From an uncultured Paraprevotella sp. (GTDB lineage: Bacteria > Bacteroidota > Bacteroidia > Bacteroidales > Bacteroidaceae), in the NCBI GenBank assembly GCA_910584955.1, contig CAJUDC010000001.1, forward strand, positions 1 to 60,516: a stretch of DNA of 60,516 nucleotides, given 5' to 3'. This document shows, piece by piece, positions 20,608 through 31,700 of the stretch. The number at the start of each line of letters is the position of its first letter. Within the stretch, counting starts at the first letter, position 1. Made by a program: the position numbers and the translations under genes. Below the pieces are notes generated by a model. It made no database searches. It saw only the letters and a program-made list of their open reading frames with translations, and was not told the origin of the DNA.

Positions 20608-23600
20608 CTACTCGCCGGAAGAGGAATCTGCGGGCCGTCTTCCCCCCTTCACACGTGTCATTTTCTCCTTATGCGCCTGATAATACGCATTCAATTCGCG
20701 CTGCTTATGCAGTCTCCGACGTTTGAAACGGATACCGTTCCCGGCAAACATGCAATAAGCCGTCGGAACCAGAATCAACGTCAGCAAGGTGGACACGGTC
20801 AGACCGCCGATCACGGACACACCCAGCGGGCGCCACATCTCGGCTCCCACGCCCTGGCCTACCGCCATCGGCACCATACCCAGAATCGTCGTCAGCGTGG
20901 TCATGAGCACGGGGCGCAGACGGCTCCGGCCGGCAGTGGTCACGGAACGGATAATACCCATGCCCCGCTCGCGACAGAGCAGAATGTAATCGATCAGCAC
21001 GATTCCGTTTTTCACCACGATACCGATCAGCATGATACCTCCAAGCATCGACATGATATTCAGATTGGTGCCCGTAAAATAAAGCGCCAACAAGATACCG
21101 CTGAAAGCGAACGGTATGGAGAACATGATGATAAAAGGATAAGTCAATGATTCGAACTGAGCGGCCATAACGATAAATACAAGGATAACGATCAGGACAC
21201 CCAGTTGCCCCAGATCGCGGTTGGAATCCTGTTGATCTTCGTACGAACCGGCCACCTTCACGCTCAGTCCCTGCGGCAGATCCATCTTCTCGACAATGGC
21301 ATTTCCGGCCGCCACACCTTCGCTCAGCGCGATACCGGACAACACGGCATTGACGGTAACAATGCGCTCACGGTCCTTACGCTCGATGGTAGGCGGTGCG
21401 AAACGCTCCACTACGCGCCCCACATCCTTCACCCGCACGCCCTTGCCGACCGCATTATAAATCATGATGTTTTCCAGCGCCTCGATACTGGTCCGCTTAT
21501 CGGGTTCGTAACGAACTTTGATGTCATACTCATCGCCGTCCTCCCGATAATAGGATGCCGTAGAACCGTTCACCCTGTTACGCAGATAAGTGGCTGCCGT
21601 AACCAGATTCAGTCCGTTCAGAGCCAGTTTTTCGCGGTCGAAATCCACCTGATACTCGGGCTGGTAATCGCTCCGGCTGATATTCACCTGCGCCACACCG
21701 GGAACCTTCTCCAATTCCTGTTTCATGTAGGCCGCCACCTTGTCCGTAGCATCGAAGTCGTAACCGTATATCTCGAACGAAGCCATAGCCTGTCCGCCCA
21801 TGTTGCTGTTGCCTCCGCCCATCATGACATTGGTCTTCACAAACTCGGGATAATTTTTCAAGTCGGCACGTATTTCGTCGCAAATCTCCGCCAGTCCTTT
21901 GGAACGTTCGTTGGAAGGCACCAAGGCGATATTAAAAGAAATGATGTGCGAGCCGTTGTCCTGCAACGAACCGTATGTGTCGTCGTCGCCGGCTTGTCCC
22001 ACACGGAAATTGACGGCATTGGCCTCCCGCCCGTAGCGTTTCTGCCATTTGTCGGAAAGTTCCAGTGCCAAGGCCTGGGCACGTTCCACACGCGTGCCTA
22101 CCGGCAACTCCAGATTGATACCGATGCGGGCATTATCACTGGCAGGGAAAAACTCTGATTGGATGCCCCGAACACAGACCAGACTAAGGATGAAGAGAAC
22201 CAAACATCCGGCCACAACCGCCCAGCGGTGACGAACTCCCCAGTCCAAACGGCGGGCATACCAATCGTCAAGACGGTCGAGCGCCTTCTGTACCGGTGTG
22301 TACAACGCCAAAAACAGCTTGCTCTGCTTCTTCTGCAAACGCAGCAATTGCGAACAAAGCATAGGCGTAAAACTCAGCGCCGATATGGTGGAAATGGTCA
22401 TGATGACGCACATCATCCATCCCAGCTGCTTGAACAGCACACCGGACATACCGGTCACCATCGTCAGCGGGAAGAACACGGCGATCATCGTAAGTGTGGA
22501 AGCCACCACGGAAATGGCCACCTCATTGGTACCGTGCATAGCCGCCTGCTTCGGATCGGATCCGCGCTCAATGTGTGTGGTGACATTCTCCAGCACCACA
22601 ATGGCGTCGTCCACCACATTACCGATGGCGATGCTCAGACACGACAAAGAGATCATATTGAACGAACCGCCCGAGATAAGCAGATAAATGAACGAAGCTA
22701 TCAAAGACATCGGAATGGTGATACAGATAATCACCGTCGCCCGCCAGCGTCCCAAGAACACGAACACCACCAGCACCACGAACAGGATGGCATAAGCAAT
22801 GGTCTCGACCAGCGAATCTACCGTGTTGAGGATGTTGTCGGAAGTATTGACAATGACACCCAGTTTCACATCGGAGGGAAGCTGTTTCTGCAAACCGGGC
22901 AAGGCTTTCATCACCGCCTCCGAAATCGCCACCGAGTTGGCTCCCGACTGCTTCTGGATGATAATCATGGCGCCCTGCTTTCCGTTATTGAACGCTTTCT
23001 GGGCCCGTTCCTGCATACCGTCCACCACACGGGCCACATCACGCAGATATACCGGCGCCCCGTTGTGCATCCCCACAATGATGTTTTCCATCTGACGGGG
23101 ATCCTTGAATTCGCCTTCCACACGCAACGAATAGGTGTTGCTGCCAATGTCAAACGAACCACCGGGCACATTTCTGTTCTCGTTGGCTACCGCCTGGCTC
23201 ACGGCTTCCACCGTCATGCCGTATGCCTCCATCTTGTGCGGATCCATGTAGATGTTGATTTCACGTTCGGGCGCACCGGCAATCGACACGGTTCCCACTC
23301 CGTCGATACGGGCCAGCGGATTGGCCACATTATCATCCAGGATCTTGTACAAAGCATTCTGGCTCTCTCCGGCCTGTACCGACAAAAGCACAATCGGAAT
23401 CATATCGGAAGAGAACTTGAAGATGATCGGCGTATTGGCTCCGTCCGGCAAAGCGGACTTCACCATATCCAGCTTGTCGCGCACGTCGTTCGTCAGCACT
23501 TCTATATCGTTTCCGTATTCAAACTCCAACTGCACCACGGAAGTGTTTTCCCGGGATTTGGAGGAGATATGCTTCAGATGTTCCACCGAGTTCAGCGCAT

Positions 23601-23805
23601 TCTCCAGCGGACGGGTCACGTTATTCTCTATATCCGAAGCCGAAGCACCGGAATAGGTGGTAATCACCATAATGGTGTTCGTATCAATATCCGGGTACAG
23701 ATCCACCGGCAACCGGAAATAGGAGAAAACGCCCAGAATCACCACTGCCAGAAAACAGAGGCTGGTCATAATCGGTTTCTTAACCGCTCCTTCGTATAAA
23801 CTCAT
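20608..23805 (-). CDS. RND efflux transporter permease (AcrB/AcrD/AcrF family)
   Basis: LPVDLYP, GNVVDDAIVVLEN, GIVVKNGIVL, RLRPVLMT; 1065 aa. Confidence 0.95.
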   Translation of the reverse strand: MSLYEGAVKKPIMTSLCFLAVVILGVFSYFRLPVDLYPDIDTNTIMVITTYSGASASDIENNVTRPLENALNSVEHLKHISSKSRENTSVVQLEFEYGNDIEVLTNDVRDKLDMVKSALPDGANTPIIFKFSSDMIPIVLLSVQAGESQNALYKILDDNVANPLARIDGVGTVSIAGAPEREINIYMDPHKMEAYGMTVEAVSQAVANENRNVPGGSFDIGSNTYSLRVEGEFKDPRQMENIIVGMHNGAPVYLRDVARVVDGMQERAQKAFNNGKQGAMIIIQKQSGANSVAISEAVMKALPGLQKQLPSDVKLGVIVNTSDNILNTVDSLVETIAYAILFVVLVVFVFLGRWRATVIICITIPMSLIASFIYLLISGGSFNMISLSCLSIAIGNVVDDAIVVLENVTTHIERGSDPKQAAMHGTNEVAISVVASTLTMIAVFFPLTMVTGMSGVLFKQLGWMMCVIMTISTISALSFTPMLCSQLLRLQKKQSKLFLALYTPVQKALDRLDDWYARRLDWGVRHRWAVVAGCLVLFILSLVCVRGIQSEFFPASDNARIGINLELPVGTRVERAQALALELSDKWQKRYGREANAVNFRVGQAGDDDTYGSLQDNGSHIISFNIALVPSNERSKGLAEICDEIRADLKNYPEFVKTNVMMGGGNSNMGGQAMASFEIYGYDFDATDKVAAYMKQELEKVPGVAQVNISRSDYQPEYQVDFDREKLALNGLNLVTAATYLRNRVNGSTASYYREDGDEYDIKVRYEPDKRTSIEALENIMIYNAVGKGVRVKDVGRVVERFAPPTIERKDRERIVTVNAVLSGIALSEGVAAGNAIVEKMDLPQGLSVKVAGSYEDQQDSNRDLGQLGVLIVILVFIVMAAQFESLTYPFIIMFSIPFAFSGILLALYFTGTNLNIMSMLGGIMLIGIVVKNGIVLIDYILLCRERGMGIIRSVTTAGRSRLRPVLMTTLTTILGMVPMAVGQGVGAEMWRPLGVSVIGGLTVSTLLTLILVPTAYCMFAGNGIRFKRRRLHKQRELNAYYQAHKEKMTRVKGGRRPADSSSGE

Positions 23806-23838
23806 ACTTGTTGTATTTCGATTTTCACAAAACTAATC

Positions 23839-24855
23839 TTATTTGATCACATCCACCGGCACACCGTCGGCCAGACGATTCTGTCCGGCAACCACGACAC
23901 GGGCTCCTTCCGGCACGCCGCTGACCACCTCGTATTCATTGCCCAAACGACGGCCCAGCACCACCTTATTACGCGACACACGTCCGTCGGTATAGATATA
24001 TACGTAATAATCACCGGCTCCCATCTGCTTGACCACGGCCGCATCGGGCACCACCGTGCGCCGTTCGACACCGAAACTCAACGTAGCGCGCGCAAACATG
24101 CCCGGGCGAACCCGTTGCCCGCCTCCCGTCAAGGTGATTTCCACAGGGAACGTATGCGTATTCGGATCGACTGTGGGGTACACAATGCTGACACGGCCCG
24201 GAAAAACCTCTTCGCCATATACATCCAGTCTGACATCGGCGCTCATCCCCTTCTTCACCTGCGGATAGTAGGTTTCCGACACATTGATAAGCATTTTCAC
24301 CGGCGAAAGGCTTTCTACCGTCAGGATGGGATTGGCCCCCGACATATCACCGTTGTCATAATTGCGGGCTGTCACCACACCGCTGATAGGACTTAACAGG
24401 CGTGTATTCACCAATTTGTTCTTGTACAGCGTCTCGTTTATATCCAACTGCATTCTGGCGTTGTCCCATTCGGCTTTACTGGCACCGCCCACCTTATATA
24501 ATTCATCGATACGCTTAAACTCCACGCGCTGGTTCTGGATCTGCAACTGCAACTGGCGCAAGTCGGAAGCGTCCATCTGGACCAGCACCTGGCCTTTCTG
24601 CACCGCATCGCCCACATCCGCATAGATTTTCTCAATACGCAGCGCCGCATTGGAGGAGATATTGTTCTTCACATCACTTTCCACCGTAGCCGTATACTCG
24701 GCTGTCTGTTCCACATCGCGGGTAGCGGAAGCAGCCAGTTTTACCTTGGGGTTCTCATCTACTTTTTTTGCCTTCCCGTCATCTTCCTTTCCGGAGCAGG
24801 CAGCCACGGATGCCGTCAAGGCAACCAAAGCCAGAATCTGCAAATACTTCTTCAT
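23839..24855 (-). CDS. RND membrane fusion (periplasmic adaptor) lipoprotein
   Basis: Lipobox VAAC; VGDAVQKGQVL, SPISGVV, RPGMFARA. Confidence 0.92.
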   Translation of the reverse strand: MKKYLQILALVALTASVAACSGKEDDGKAKKVDENPKVKLAASATRDVEQTAEYTATVESDVKNNISSNAALRIEKIYADVGDAVQKGQVLVQMDASDLRQLQLQIQNQRVEFKRIDELYKVGGASKAEWDNARMQLDINETLYKNKLVNTRLLSPISGVVTARNYDNGDMSGANPILTVESLSPVKMLINVSETYYPQVKKGMSADVRLDVYGEEVFPGRVSIVYPTVDPNTHTFPVEITLTGGGQRVRPGMFARATLSFGVERRTVVPDAAVVKQMGAGDYYVYIYTDGRVSRNKVVLGRRLGNEYEVVSGVPEGARVVVAGQNRLADGVPVDVIK

Positions 24856-24881
24856 CTTTATTGAGGTCTTTTTATATATAC

Positions 24882-26219
24882 TTACGGTTGTTCGTTACCC
24901 AGCACGAGGGCCAGATCGGCCTGTGCCACCAGATAATCGTAAATAGCTTGGTTGTAGGTAAGTTGGGCTTGCGTAAGAGCCACTTCACTGCTGTTCAGCT
25001 CCAGGATGGTCCCCCGCCCCACTTCATAGCGTTTCTCGGCTATCATACGTCCTTTCTCGGCCTGAGCCACCGACTCTTTGTTACTGGCCAACTGCTCCGT
25101 GCCTGCGAGCATATTGTCCCGATACGTCTGCACCTGCATATGAAGCTGCCGCTCGGTATTCACGCGGTTTTCCGCCAATTGCTGCAACTGTATCTTCGTC
25201 GTCTTCAATCCCGTGAAACTGGATGCCTTGAACAAAGGCACGGAAAGTGTAATCCCTACCGTAGAACTGGGGAACCAGTTATAGTGCCATATCTCGAAAT
25301 TCTTGTTGTAGAGCGACTGATACTGATAACCGTAGTTCAGCGCCAGCGTAGGCATGAAATTCGTTTTCTGAATCCGAAGCGTATGGCGAAGCAGCTGTTC
25401 GTTCAGATCAAACTGTTTCAAGGTGGTGTTCCCCGTCAGTGCCGGCATGTCGGTCAGACGGTGAGCATCCACTTCTTTTTCATAGTTCCGCAAATTGTCG
25501 GCAGTCGTCACTTCCTGTTGTTCGTCCGACAAGCCCAGCAAAACTTTCAACTGAAGCCGGGCCAACGACACGGCGTTGCGGGCCGCCACCACATTGGGTT
25601 TGATATTACGCATCTGCACTTCGGCCGAAATCTTGTCGTACTCGCTCACGCTACCCTGACGGTACTTGGCATCCACCACCTGGTAGTTCTTTTCGCTGTA
25701 GGCATAGCTTTCCTGCAACACTTCGTAGCTGTCCTGTGCCAGCAACAGACCGTAATAGGCTTTCGTCACCTGGTTCACCAGATCCAGACGGGAGGCCCGG
25801 CTCTTCTCTACAGCCAGTTCAATATCCGTCCGGCTCATCTGCATCGTACGATAAACCGCCGGAGCAAAGACCGGCAGATTCACACTGAAAGCTCCGTTCC
25901 ATGTGCTCGTCCCGTCCTGTCCCATCTTGAACTTGTTACCTCCCAGATTCATGGTAGCCGCCTTGATGGTGTAGGTCATTCCCCCCGACAGTTCCACGGT
26001 GGGCAACAACTGTTGCCAGGCCTCTTTCTGACTTACCTTTTTCAGTTCGATGTCCTGATCCGCCACGCGAATAACGGGGTTGTCGTTCAAGGCTATCTCC
26101 ACCGCCCGGTCGAGTGTCAGTTCCAGCACTTTCTCTTTTTCCTGGGCTTCCGCCGTTGCAGCCAGCAACAGCATACACAACCAAAGAGACAGCCTTCTTA
26201 CCCTAAATCTCTTTTCCAT
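24882..26219 (-). CDS. TolC-family outer membrane efflux protein
   Basis: LTLDRAVEIALNDN, VTKAYY, RYEVGRGTILEL; first gene of the RND operon. Confidence 0.92.
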   Translation of the reverse strand: MEKRFRVRRLSLWLCMLLLAATAEAQEKEKVLELTLDRAVEIALNDNPVIRVADQDIELKKVSQKEAWQQLLPTVELSGGMTYTIKAATMNLGGNKFKMGQDGTSTWNGAFSVNLPVFAPAVYRTMQMSRTDIELAVEKSRASRLDLVNQVTKAYYGLLLAQDSYEVLQESYAYSEKNYQVVDAKYRQGSVSEYDKISAEVQMRNIKPNVVAARNAVSLARLQLKVLLGLSDEQQEVTTADNLRNYEKEVDAHRLTDMPALTGNTTLKQFDLNEQLLRHTLRIQKTNFMPTLALNYGYQYQSLYNKNFEIWHYNWFPSSTVGITLSVPLFKASSFTGLKTTKIQLQQLAENRVNTERQLHMQVQTYRDNMLAGTEQLASNKESVAQAEKGRMIAEKRYEVGRGTILELNSSEVALTQAQLTYNQAIYDYLVAQADLALVLGNEQP

Positions 26220-26415
26220 TTTCTTCTTTTACTTATATTATCATAATTTATTCCCGCCAAGAATCCGTTACAAAGCCGGCCTCTTTCCGCCTACGGTTCT
26301 TTTCCTATGAGAAACAACAAAAACGCTTACCGTTTTATCGGGAAATATATAAAAATACATTTACACCCAAACGGCAAAATCGACCCGCATCGGCCGATGC
26401 AGTCGTTTTACCATA

Positions 26416-26423
26416 CAAAGATA
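26416..26423 (-). promoter_or_regulatory. Bacteroidetes -7 promoter element (TATCTTTG) for the first RND operon
   Basis: Matches TAnnTTTG upstream of tolC. Confidence 0.45.
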
Positions 26424-26629
26424 AAGGATAAACTCCATTTCCGATAACACATTTCTACATTAAGCCTATAATTAAAGGAACTTTAAGGTTAACGTTCACA
26501 AACATTAATATATGTATAGATAAAATGACTTTTGAGCACCGACAGACAAAAAAACGGGAAAAATCTTGTCCGTTTGTACGATTTTAGCTAAATTGCCTTT
26601 CTATTTCATATCAAACCAACCACCAGGCC

Positions 26630-27229
26630 ATGACGAACAGACTGCTTGCGTTCGGGCTGGGCATCCTGCTGGCTGCCGGTTCGACAGACGCACAAACCAC
26701 CACCAAAGGCAATGCCTCCTATTATTCGGACAAATTGCACGGGCGCCGGATGAGCAACGGGGACAAGTACCACAGAGACAGCATGACCTGCGCCCATCTG
26801 AAGTATCCGCTGGGGACGTTGCTTAAAGTGAGAAACCCCAAAAACGACAGGGAAGTGATCGTGAAAGTCACCGACCGGGGACCGCATACCCGCCGCTTCG
26901 TCATCGACCTGTCGCGAGCCGCCGCCCGCAAACTGGATATCATACAAGCGGGATTCAGCCTGGTGGAAATCACCCCTTACCACCCCGGTATCGTCCCCTA
27001 CCGGCTGAAGCCGGATAACGAAACCCCGGAACTGGGACTGGAATATCTTCCCTGCGCCACCTTTCCGGTACCGATATGGCAGCAGGACTCCACTTTCAAA
27101 TACCGGATCCGGCTGCCGCATCCCATCGCCCGACCGAGAAAAGACAGCATCCGCCATACGGCTCCGACCGCTCCCTCGACGACCAACGGCTTCAAAAAGA
27201 AACGTCCGGGAAAAACAAAACGACCATGA
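26630..27229 (+). CDS. rlpA: Septal ring lytic transglycosylase RlpA family protein
   Basis: GNASYY...GRRMSNG...TCAH...PLGT...VTDRGP...IDLSRAAA double-psi beta-barrel motifs. Confidence 0.85.
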   Translation: MTNRLLAFGLGILLAAGSTDAQTTTKGNASYYSDKLHGRRMSNGDKYHRDSMTCAHLKYPLGTLLKVRNPKNDREVIVKVTDRGPHTRRFVIDLSRAAARKLDIIQAGFSLVEITPYHPGIVPYRLKPDNETPELGLEYLPCATFPVPIWQQDSTFKYRIRLPHPIARPRKDSIRHTAPTAPSTTNGFKKKRPGKTKRP

Positions 27230-27254
27230 ATTTATCCTATAATTAATACATACA

Positions 27255-28538
27255 ATGGAACAAAAACTGAAAAGAGAATCGCTCTGCGTCCAGGCCGGCT
27301 GGACACCCAAGAAAGGAGAACCGCGCGTTCTGCCCATCTATCAAAGCACCACTTTCAAATACGACAACAGCGAACAGATGGCCCGCCTGTTCGACCTGGA
27401 AGACACCGGTTACTTCTACACCCGGCTCCAGAATCCGACCAACGACGCAGTGGCCGACAAGATAGCGCGCCTGGAAGGCGGCATTGGAGCCATGCTGACC
27501 TCTTCGGGACAGGCGGCCAATTTCTATGCCGTGTTCAACATCTGCCAGGCCGGCGACCATTTCATCACATCGAATACCATCTACGGAGGCACATTCAACC
27601 TGTTCGGCGTTACGCTGAAGAAGCTGGGAATTGAATGCTCGTTCGTGGATCCAGACTGGGACGATGAACGCATCGAGGCCGAGTTTCGTCCGAACACGAA
27701 ATGTTTCTTCGGCGAGACGATCTCCAACCCCGGCGGCAACGTGTTCGACATTGAACGTTTCGCCCGCCTGGCCCATACACACGGCGTACCGCTCATCATC
27801 GACAATACGTTTGCCACTCCCATCAACTGCCGCCCCTTCGAATGGGGAGCCGACATCGTGACGCATTCCACCACCAAATACATGGACGGACATGCCGTTT
27901 CGGTGGGCGGAGCGGTGGTAGACAGCGGCAACTTCGACTGGGAAGCACAGGCTGACAAGTTTCCCGGATTGTGCCAGCCGGACGAAAGCTACCACGGCCT
28001 GACGTATACCAAAGCTTTCGGGAAAATGGCCTACATGGTGAAAGCCACCGCACAACTGATGCGTGACTTAGGCTCGATACAGAGTCCGCAAAACGCTTTT
28101 CTGCTGAACCTGGGACTGGAAACCCTTCATCTGCGTATGCCGCAGCACTGCAAGAACGCACAAGCCGTGGCCGAGTTTCTGGAACAGGACGAGCGGGTGG
28201 CTTGGGTGAACTACTGCGGACTGAAAAACAACAAATACTATGAACTGGGACAAAAATACCTGCCCGGCGGCTCGTGCGGCGTGGTGGCCTTCGGACTGAA
28301 AGGCACACGCGAAGACGCCATCCGCTTTATGGACCATTTGAAAATGGTGGGTATCGTCACACACGTGGCCGATGCCCGCACTTGCGTGCTGCATCCGGCC
28401 AGTCACACCCACCGCCAACTCTCGGACGAACAGTTACGGGAAGCCGGTGTAGCGCCCGACCTCATCCGTCTGTCGGTGGGTATCGAACACATTGACGACA
28501 TTCTGAGCGACATTCGGCAGGCTTTGAACAGTATGTAA
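27255..28538 (+). CDS. metY: O-acetylhomoserine aminocarboxypropyltransferase / sulfhydrylase
   Basis: PIYQSTTF, YTRLQNPT, SSGQAA, IDNTFAT, HSTTKY (PLP lysine), HPASHTH, RLSVGIE. Confidence 0.9.
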   Translation: MEQKLKRESLCVQAGWTPKKGEPRVLPIYQSTTFKYDNSEQMARLFDLEDTGYFYTRLQNPTNDAVADKIARLEGGIGAMLTSSGQAANFYAVFNICQAGDHFITSNTIYGGTFNLFGVTLKKLGIECSFVDPDWDDERIEAEFRPNTKCFFGETISNPGGNVFDIERFARLAHTHGVPLIIDNTFATPINCRPFEWGADIVTHSTTKYMDGHAVSVGGAVVDSGNFDWEAQADKFPGLCQPDESYHGLTYTKAFGKMAYMVKATAQLMRDLGSIQSPQNAFLLNLGLETLHLRMPQHCKNAQAVAEFLEQDERVAWVNYCGLKNNKYYELGQKYLPGGSCGVVAFGLKGTREDAIRFMDHLKMVGIVTHVADARTCVLHPASHTHRQLSDEQLREAGVAPDLIRLSVGIEHIDDILSDIRQALNSM

Positions 28539-28582
28539 CAACCGACTGTCACAAAGCCAGTTACAAACGGCGCAGATCATCG

Positions 28583-28630
28583 TAAAACGCGGTGCGCATC
28601 CCGATAAAACGGGGCGAGCACCGCGTTTTA
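28583..28630. terminator. Hairpin between convergent metY and GH31 genes, probably a bidirectional terminator
   Basis: TAAAACGCGGTGC ... GCACCGCGTTTTA inverted repeat. Confidence 0.6.
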
Positions 28631-28794
28631 TTGCGATGCTCGCCACATTACATCGTGGCCTAGGCCACGTTAAACACTCATTTTCAATAGGTTGAAAAAT
28701 AACTTCCAGACGGTCGTCTTTTATCTTCGGGCGGTTCCGTCTTTTCCTTTCAGACAACCGCCTTTCATCTTCCGCCCGCTCGCCGGCCAACGAA

Positions 28795-31700
28795 CTATTT
28801 GACCCGTTTCTTACCGTTAACGATATAAACGCCGTGCGGAAGTCCCCGGAGCGCTTCGCCTGCCTTGCAACGGGTCTTCAAGCGCACCGCATTCACTCCG
28901 TACACATCTACATACTCTTCTTCCCGCCCGACTTGCATTACCGGCGTAACTTTTCCGTCCACGTCAATCAGCATCCGATCGTAAACGGCGGTCTGCGCAT
29001 CATCAGCCGTTACATAGGCCTGGAATCCTTTGACGGAAGCGCCGTCGGACGGACGGAGAAACACATCGCCTTGCAGCACATACCCCTCCGGCTGAAGAAG
29101 AGCCGGCTGATACGTCCCCGTAAACGAAACACCGTCTACCATATGCGACAGAGGCGCATCGTTTCGGACAACGGCATCCCGAAACTCCATCCGTTCCTGC
29201 GAAAGGCACGGTTTTACCAGATACGGTTTTCCGGCAAGGATGCGCCCGGTCTCCTTGAAGCACAGCACCGGATCATCGTGCCGTTCCACCGAAACCAGTT
29301 CCTTCACCCCGGTGAAATGTGCTTTCGTCTCCGCCTCCGTCAGTGCAAAAGGTACGCAAAGCGTATTCCACCCTTCAGCATCCCATGTCCGATGCAGCAC
29401 CACATCCGTCATCCCCGGCTGCCAGCTAGCGCTGGATTCATTCTCGTCGAGTTCCAGCACGGGACGCTCCATGCGGAACAACCGGAAATTGTCAATCTTA
29501 AACCACGTCTCGGCAGGAGCACCCGAAGTGGAAACACCGATCTTGACAGGCGTCTGCCCGTCTGCGATAAACTCCAGTTCAACGGTCTGAAAAGGATAAT
29601 TATCGCTCAGCCCGGCGGTCATAATCTGATCCCTGAAGAAGGCCTTCTCTCCGTTGGCAAACAGACATTGATCGCCCACCCGCCGCAACGCGTTCTTATG
29701 CGGAGCGTGCATGTCGACGGTAAGTTTATAGCGTCCAGACGGCAAGTCGGAAAGCACCTGACTGATTTCCGCCGTCAAGGCATTGGAACCGTCCCACACT
29801 CCGAATATATACTGACCTTCCGTGGCGGCGGGATCCGCATTGCCTCCGCCTTTGTTCACACCCCACCAGGTGGTCGGGCTGTTTACGGTCCAGCCAGCCG
29901 GCGCCTTTTTATTCAACGGCGCATTGTCCTCCTCGAACCCCGGATTCTGAATATAACGGGTTACCTCCGTCTCTCCGACAGCGCGGTCTTCACTGTCGAG
30001 CCGTACCGAAACAGCCGAACCGTCATAGGCCACCGTCGCCTCGTACTCCGTCTCGTGTGCGTCGCCGATCCCCCGGCGGACAGAGACTTTGCAGATGCGG
30101 AACGTACGCTTATCGAGCATTCCCTCGAAGGCCCCCTTGCGCTCTCCCACGGTGAGGGTCTGCGTAGCCTCATCCCACACGAAAGGAATCTCCGAATAGC
30201 ATCCCGCTTCGTAATTATACGTATCGTTTTCATCTTCATAAAGCACGAAGCGGCCATCGGCTCCCGGATAGACCCGAATTTCCAAGCTGTCCCAACGCTT
30301 TTCCTCCGCATACTGCACATCAGGTCCCCAAGGCACAATACTGCCGGCTTTCACGTAGAGCGGCATCACATCAGCATGCGCCGACTTCCTCACCGTACGG
30401 CCTCCTTCGTACGCCTCGCCCGTCCAGAAATCAATCCAGCGATGCCCGGCCGGCAGATAAACGTCGCGATGATTCACGGCATCCTGCACCACGGGAGCTA
30501 CCAGGAAGGACGAGCCGAACATATACTCGTCGGTCACGTCATACCCTTTCGGATCTTCGTTGAACGCCACCGCCAGTGCCTGCATGAAAGTGGCATCGTG
30601 CGCGCTGACCTGCCAGGCAGTGCTGTACAAGTAAGGCAACAAACGGTACCTGATCCTGACATACTTCAGAATCTGATCGAAGTCGCCCACGCCGTCACCG
30701 GCCGCACCGAACTGATAAATTTCCCGAGGAGTCTGCGTGCCGTGAAAACGCATCATGGGCGTAAACGTACCGAACTGTACCCACCGCATATACAACCGCC
30801 GCCAGGCCGGATCACCGACACCGCCGAAACGGCCCAGAAAGAAACCGCCTATATCGCTGTTCCAATAGGGGATGCCGCATACGGAGAGATTGCAGGCTGC
30901 CGGAATCTGGGCCGCAAAGTTTTCCCAAGAGGCCGTAACGTCCCCGCTCCACGTATTGGCACCGTAACGTTGCTGCCCGGCAAAGGCCGACCGGGTGAGG
31001 ATGGAGACCCGCTTGCCTTGCAGATAAGGATCGCCCGCTGCAGCCGCTTGCCGATGATGAGTATATACGCCTCCCACATGAGCCAACGGGAAGGCATTGC
31101 GTAAGGCCCGCCAGGTCTGTCCCGTTTCCGTCACATAATCCATATCGGTAGGTTTCGGATCAAAATAATCCGGTTCGGACGAGTCCATCCAATACGCATC
31201 AATTCCTTTTGTTATCAGCCCCTTATACAGATAGTCCCAATAAATGTTCCGGGATGTTTCTCCGTACACATCGTAAGGCCGCACACCGCAACGGGTCGGG
31301 TAACTTTCGGCCGGAAGCAAGCGGCCCGCCTGTGCCATACTGGCATAGGGCCGTGTCTGCGGACCGAAATTCGCCCAAATGGAAATCATCAGCCGGGCAT
31401 GGTTGTCGTGCACGTCACGAATCATTTCTTCATGATTGGCAAAGGTCGGATTCAGAAACTCAAGGGCATTCCAGTGGGCATTGTCGCCCCAGTATTGCCA
31501 GTCCTGCACAATACAATCCAACGGCACGCCGAGCTTGCGGTACTGACGCACCACATCCCGTGTCTCATCGGCACTGACATACCGTTCCCGGCTCTGATAC
31601 AACCCGAAATTCCACAAGGCAGGCATCGGGCTTTTCCCTGTCAGCCCACGCATGGCCGACAGCACATCGGCACTCCGCCCGCCACACAGAATATAATAGT